Below, in pieces: positions 41,836-43,288 of a DNA stretch of 43,288 nt. A program made the translations under genes and the position numbers. Source of the DNA: an uncultured bacterium (GTDB lineage: Bacteria > Verrucomicrobiota > Kiritimatiellia > RFP12 > UBA1067); NCBI GenBank assembly GCA_902773015.1, contig CACYCW010000004.1, positions 1-43,288 of the forward strand, written 5' to 3'. Position 1 is the stretch's first letter. Each line of letters opens with the position of its first letter. The notes under the pieces were generated by a model. It was given only the letters and a program-made list of their open reading frames with translations. It was not told the origin of the DNA and did no database searches.

Positions 41836-41865
41836 ATTGTACCAAATGTTGTCTAACTGGGTCAA
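41836..41865 (-). promoter_or_regulatory. Sigma70-type promoter TTGACC-N18-(TGG)TACAAT with an A/T-rich upstream flank
   Basis: Minus strand reads GCGAAAAATATTGGCAGCACAC TTGACC CAGTTAGACAACATTTGG TACAAT. It predicts a ~195-nt leader before the ATG at 41632. Confidence 0.55.
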
Positions 41866-41906
41866 GTGTGCTGCCAATATTTTTCGCTCAAGTTTTGACA
41901 CGCGGT

Positions 41907-41977
41907 GTGAATTGCAACGTCAGATGCTACACGCGTCAATCTGACGTTGCAATAGCGCATCTGACTTTTCAATTCAC
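41907..41977. repeat. Three-arm palindromic element: one left arm, two alternative right arms
   Basis: ATTGCAACGTCAGAT (41911-41925) pairs perfectly (15/15) with ATCTGACGTTGCAAT (41939-41953) across a 13-nt loop. The longer arm GTGAATTGCAACGTCAGATG (41907-41926) pairs 18/20 with CATCTGACTTTTCAATTCAC (41958-41977). Confidence 0.8.
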
Positions 41978-42083
41978 AAACCAGAAAAACAATCAATATT
42001 TCGGCATGGCGAAAAATCATCTCGGGTCAGTAGCTTGGCGGCTGCCCTTGGCGCATTATCTCAAGCGCGGCCTTCCTGTATTT

Positions 42084-42596
42084 CTAGATGCGGAGCGTAA
42101 AGCGCCACTTGCGCTTTTGGTCGCATTTGGAGGCGTAGGCGATTCCGATACGCGGGGCGGCGGTGAACTTGACGCACGAACCGTCGCTTTCAAGCCAGAG
42201 GCGGTCGGAGAGAACGAGGTCTTCGCGGTTGAGCGAACGGTCGATCTTGAGAAGCTTCGTCAGTCGTCCGGGGCCTTCCGCCCCTTCCACGCCGCGAATG
42301 AGCACCGCCTCCGGACGCCCTTCCGGTCCCGTCACGACGTTCAGCATTTCGTGCATCCCGTAGCAGAGGTAAACGTAGGCGCAACCGCCCGGCGCGTACA
42401 TCACGTCCGTCCGCGCCGTGCGCCCCTTGTGCGCATGGCAGGCTGTGTCCTCCTCGCCGCAGTACGCCTCGGTTTCGGTAATGCGTCGCCGCATGACGGT
42501 TCCATCCTCCAGCCGACGGTAAAGCCACGTGCCGACAAGCGCCTTTGCAACCGTCACCGCGTCATCCTCGTAATCTTCCACTCCAAGCCTGCGCAT
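42084..42596 (-). CDS. mpg: DNA-3-methyladenine glycosylase (Mpg/AAG family)
   Basis: VAKALVGTWL, ITETEAYCGEEDTACHAHKGRTARTDVMYAPGGCAYVYLCYGMHEMLNVV, VLIRGVE and GPGRLTKLLKID are AAG/Mpg family blocks. Start taken at MRRL (ATG 42594-42596); the track start at 42647 is the alternative. Confidence 0.88.
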   Translation of the reverse strand: MRRLGVEDYEDDAVTVAKALVGTWLYRRLEDGTVMRRRITETEAYCGEEDTACHAHKGRTARTDVMYAPGGCAYVYLCYGMHEMLNVVTGPEGRPEAVLIRGVEGAEGPGRLTKLLKIDRSLNREDLVLSDRLWLESDGSCVKFTAAPRIGIAYASKCDQKRKWRFTLRI

Positions 42597-42772
42597 CACT
42601 TCTCCTGCGGACAATCCTTGCTCCACTGCAGTCGCGTCGTCATCCATGTCGCCGTAGGACCATCACCACCGCCGATAATGCCGATTGACTCCGCACTTTC
42701 CTGAGCATCCGAACACCCCACTATCGCGACCATCGCCGCACATCCAAGCGCCATCATCAATCTCTTCATCAT
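42596..42772 (-). CDS. Possible small lipoprotein (58 aa), translationally coupled to mpg
   Basis: GAGAGGAAAACG ATGATG..., giving MMKRLMMALGCAAMVAIVGCSDAQESAESIGIIGGGDGPTATWMTTRLQWSKDCPQEK*. Lipobox is IVGC. Its TGA overlaps the mpg ATG (TGATG). Below the track cutoff. Confidence 0.35.
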   Translation of the reverse strand: MMKRLMMALGCAAMVAIVGCSDAQESAESIGIIGGGDGPTATWMTTRLQWSKDCPQEK

Positions 42773-42818
42773 CGTTTTCCTCTCTTTACGTCATGTGCGT
42801 TCTTTGAGGCTAAACCTT

Positions 42819-42868
42819 ATTGGCAATTAGGTATTGGCCATTGGCAACATTTCCACATTGGCAACATT
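42819..42868. repeat. Array of four ATTGGC(A/C)A motifs, including a perfect 13-nt direct repeat CATTGGCAACATT x2
   Basis: ATTGGCAATT at 42819-42828 and ATTGGCCA at 42833-42840. CATTGGCAACATT occurs at 42839-42851 and again at 42856-42868, a 17-nt period. The array lies between the Fic stop and the small lipoprotein/mpg start. Confidence 0.8.
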
Positions 42869-42870
42869 CT

Positions 42871-43288
42871 TCACACCAGCACATAGTACGTTGAGCGGCC
42901 CTGTCCTTCCCGGCGGAGAATGTCTTTGGCGACAAGCGCGTTGATTTCGCGCGAGGCGGTGTCCTGCGATACCTTGCAGATCTTCGCCCACTTGGAGGAC
43001 GTGAGATTACCCTTGAACCCGTCGAAGAGCTTGTTCAGCATGACGCGCTGGTTTGCCGTCAGCTCGTCCGAAGAATGCGCTTCCCAGAATTCGGCCTTGG
43101 CAAGTATCGACTTGAGGCGCACTTCCGCCGTGCCGACGGCGCGACGATGGCAGCCGAGGAACCATTTGAGCCACCGCGTCACGTCAAGCGTCCCGCGCTG
43201 AGCGCGTTCGATTTCATCGTAGTAGGCGTCCTTCTCCGCCTGTATCTCCGCAGAGAGCGAATAGAAGCGCATCGCCGAACGTTCGCCC
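42871..43288 (-). CDS. Fic-family protein, C-terminal part with winged-helix domain (5' end outside window)
   Basis: RFYSLSAEIQAEKDAYYDEIERAQRGTLDVTRWLKWFLGC...LTSSKWAKICKVSQDTASREINALVAKDILRREGQGRSTYYVL matches the C-terminal half of DUF4172-type Fic proteins. The frame stays open to the right edge, and the HPFxxGNGR motif would lie outside the window. Confidence 0.75.
   Translation of the reverse strand, partial: GERSAMRFYSLSAEIQAEKDAYYDEIERAQRGTLDVTRWLKWFLGCHRRAVGTAEVRLKSILAKAEFWEAHSSDELTANQRVMLNKLFDGFKGNLTSSKWAKICKVSQDTASREINALVAKDILRREGQGRSTYYVLV

Noticed and set aside
42819-42868. The TTGGCA-containing repeats might be sigma54 (-24 TGGCAC / -12 TTGC) promoters.
   Set aside because: The GG-to-GC spacing does not fit the -24/-12 rule in any copy. 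The elements would fire into the plus strand, where there is no gene. They are kept only as a repeat or operator candidate.

Overview
This is a GC-rich (roughly two-thirds G+C by eye) bacterial chromosomal segment. Every credible gene (about 40) lies on the minus strand, except a 37-codon AraC-family C-terminal fragment at the left edge. Housekeeping genes: fhs, type III glutamine synthetase, yidC-yidD-rnpA-rpmH, stand-alone coaB, map, ppiB, gatA/gatC, efp, hisG, cmk, apt, mpg. They are interleaved with many exported enzymes, eight of which carry twin-arginine (RRxF) signals: Gfo/Idh/MocA oxidoreductases, xylose-isomerase-like TIM barrels, a DUF1080 protein, an enolase-superfamily protein, a metallophosphoesterase and glycosidase-like proteins. 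There is also one 1396-aa secreted protein. This gene mix suggests a glycan-degrading PVC-type bacterium (Kiritimatiellota/Verrucomicrobiota/Lentisphaerota-like), which is inference only. I saw no rRNA, tRNA, CRISPR array, transposase or recognisable defence system. CDS coordinates include the stop codon. The supplied ORF track also uses GTG/TTG as M, so I trimmed several ORFs to better-supported starts. Four small genes below the track cutoff were read directly from the sequence: rpmH, a bS22-like 29-aa basic protein, and two or three small signal-peptide ORFs. Main second-look items: (1) the 9-mer TGATATAAT (consensus extended -10) occurs five times, always on the coding strand at gene junctions, and a start codon lies only 6-8 nt downstream of the -10 at up to four promoters in the window (three of these five plus one of a second class), implying leaderless mRNAs; (2) an orphan V/A-type ATPase B-subunit homolog with a ~30-aa insertion, no A or D subunit, next to an orphan PilN/PilO-like pair; (3) a 26-27 nt inverted repeat that abuts the cmk start codon and the hisG stop codon, whose two mismatches become G-U pairs in the mRNA strand; (4) G-free ACCUCUCAA-repeat leaders instead of Shine-Dalgarno sites; (5) a giant secreted protein with two CxxC thioredoxin-like modules and Calx-beta-like repeats; (6) several palindromic or iterated elements and a 4-codon mini-ORF in the AT-richer right-hand intergenic regions. 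All functional calls rest on motif recognition by eye. No database search was possible.
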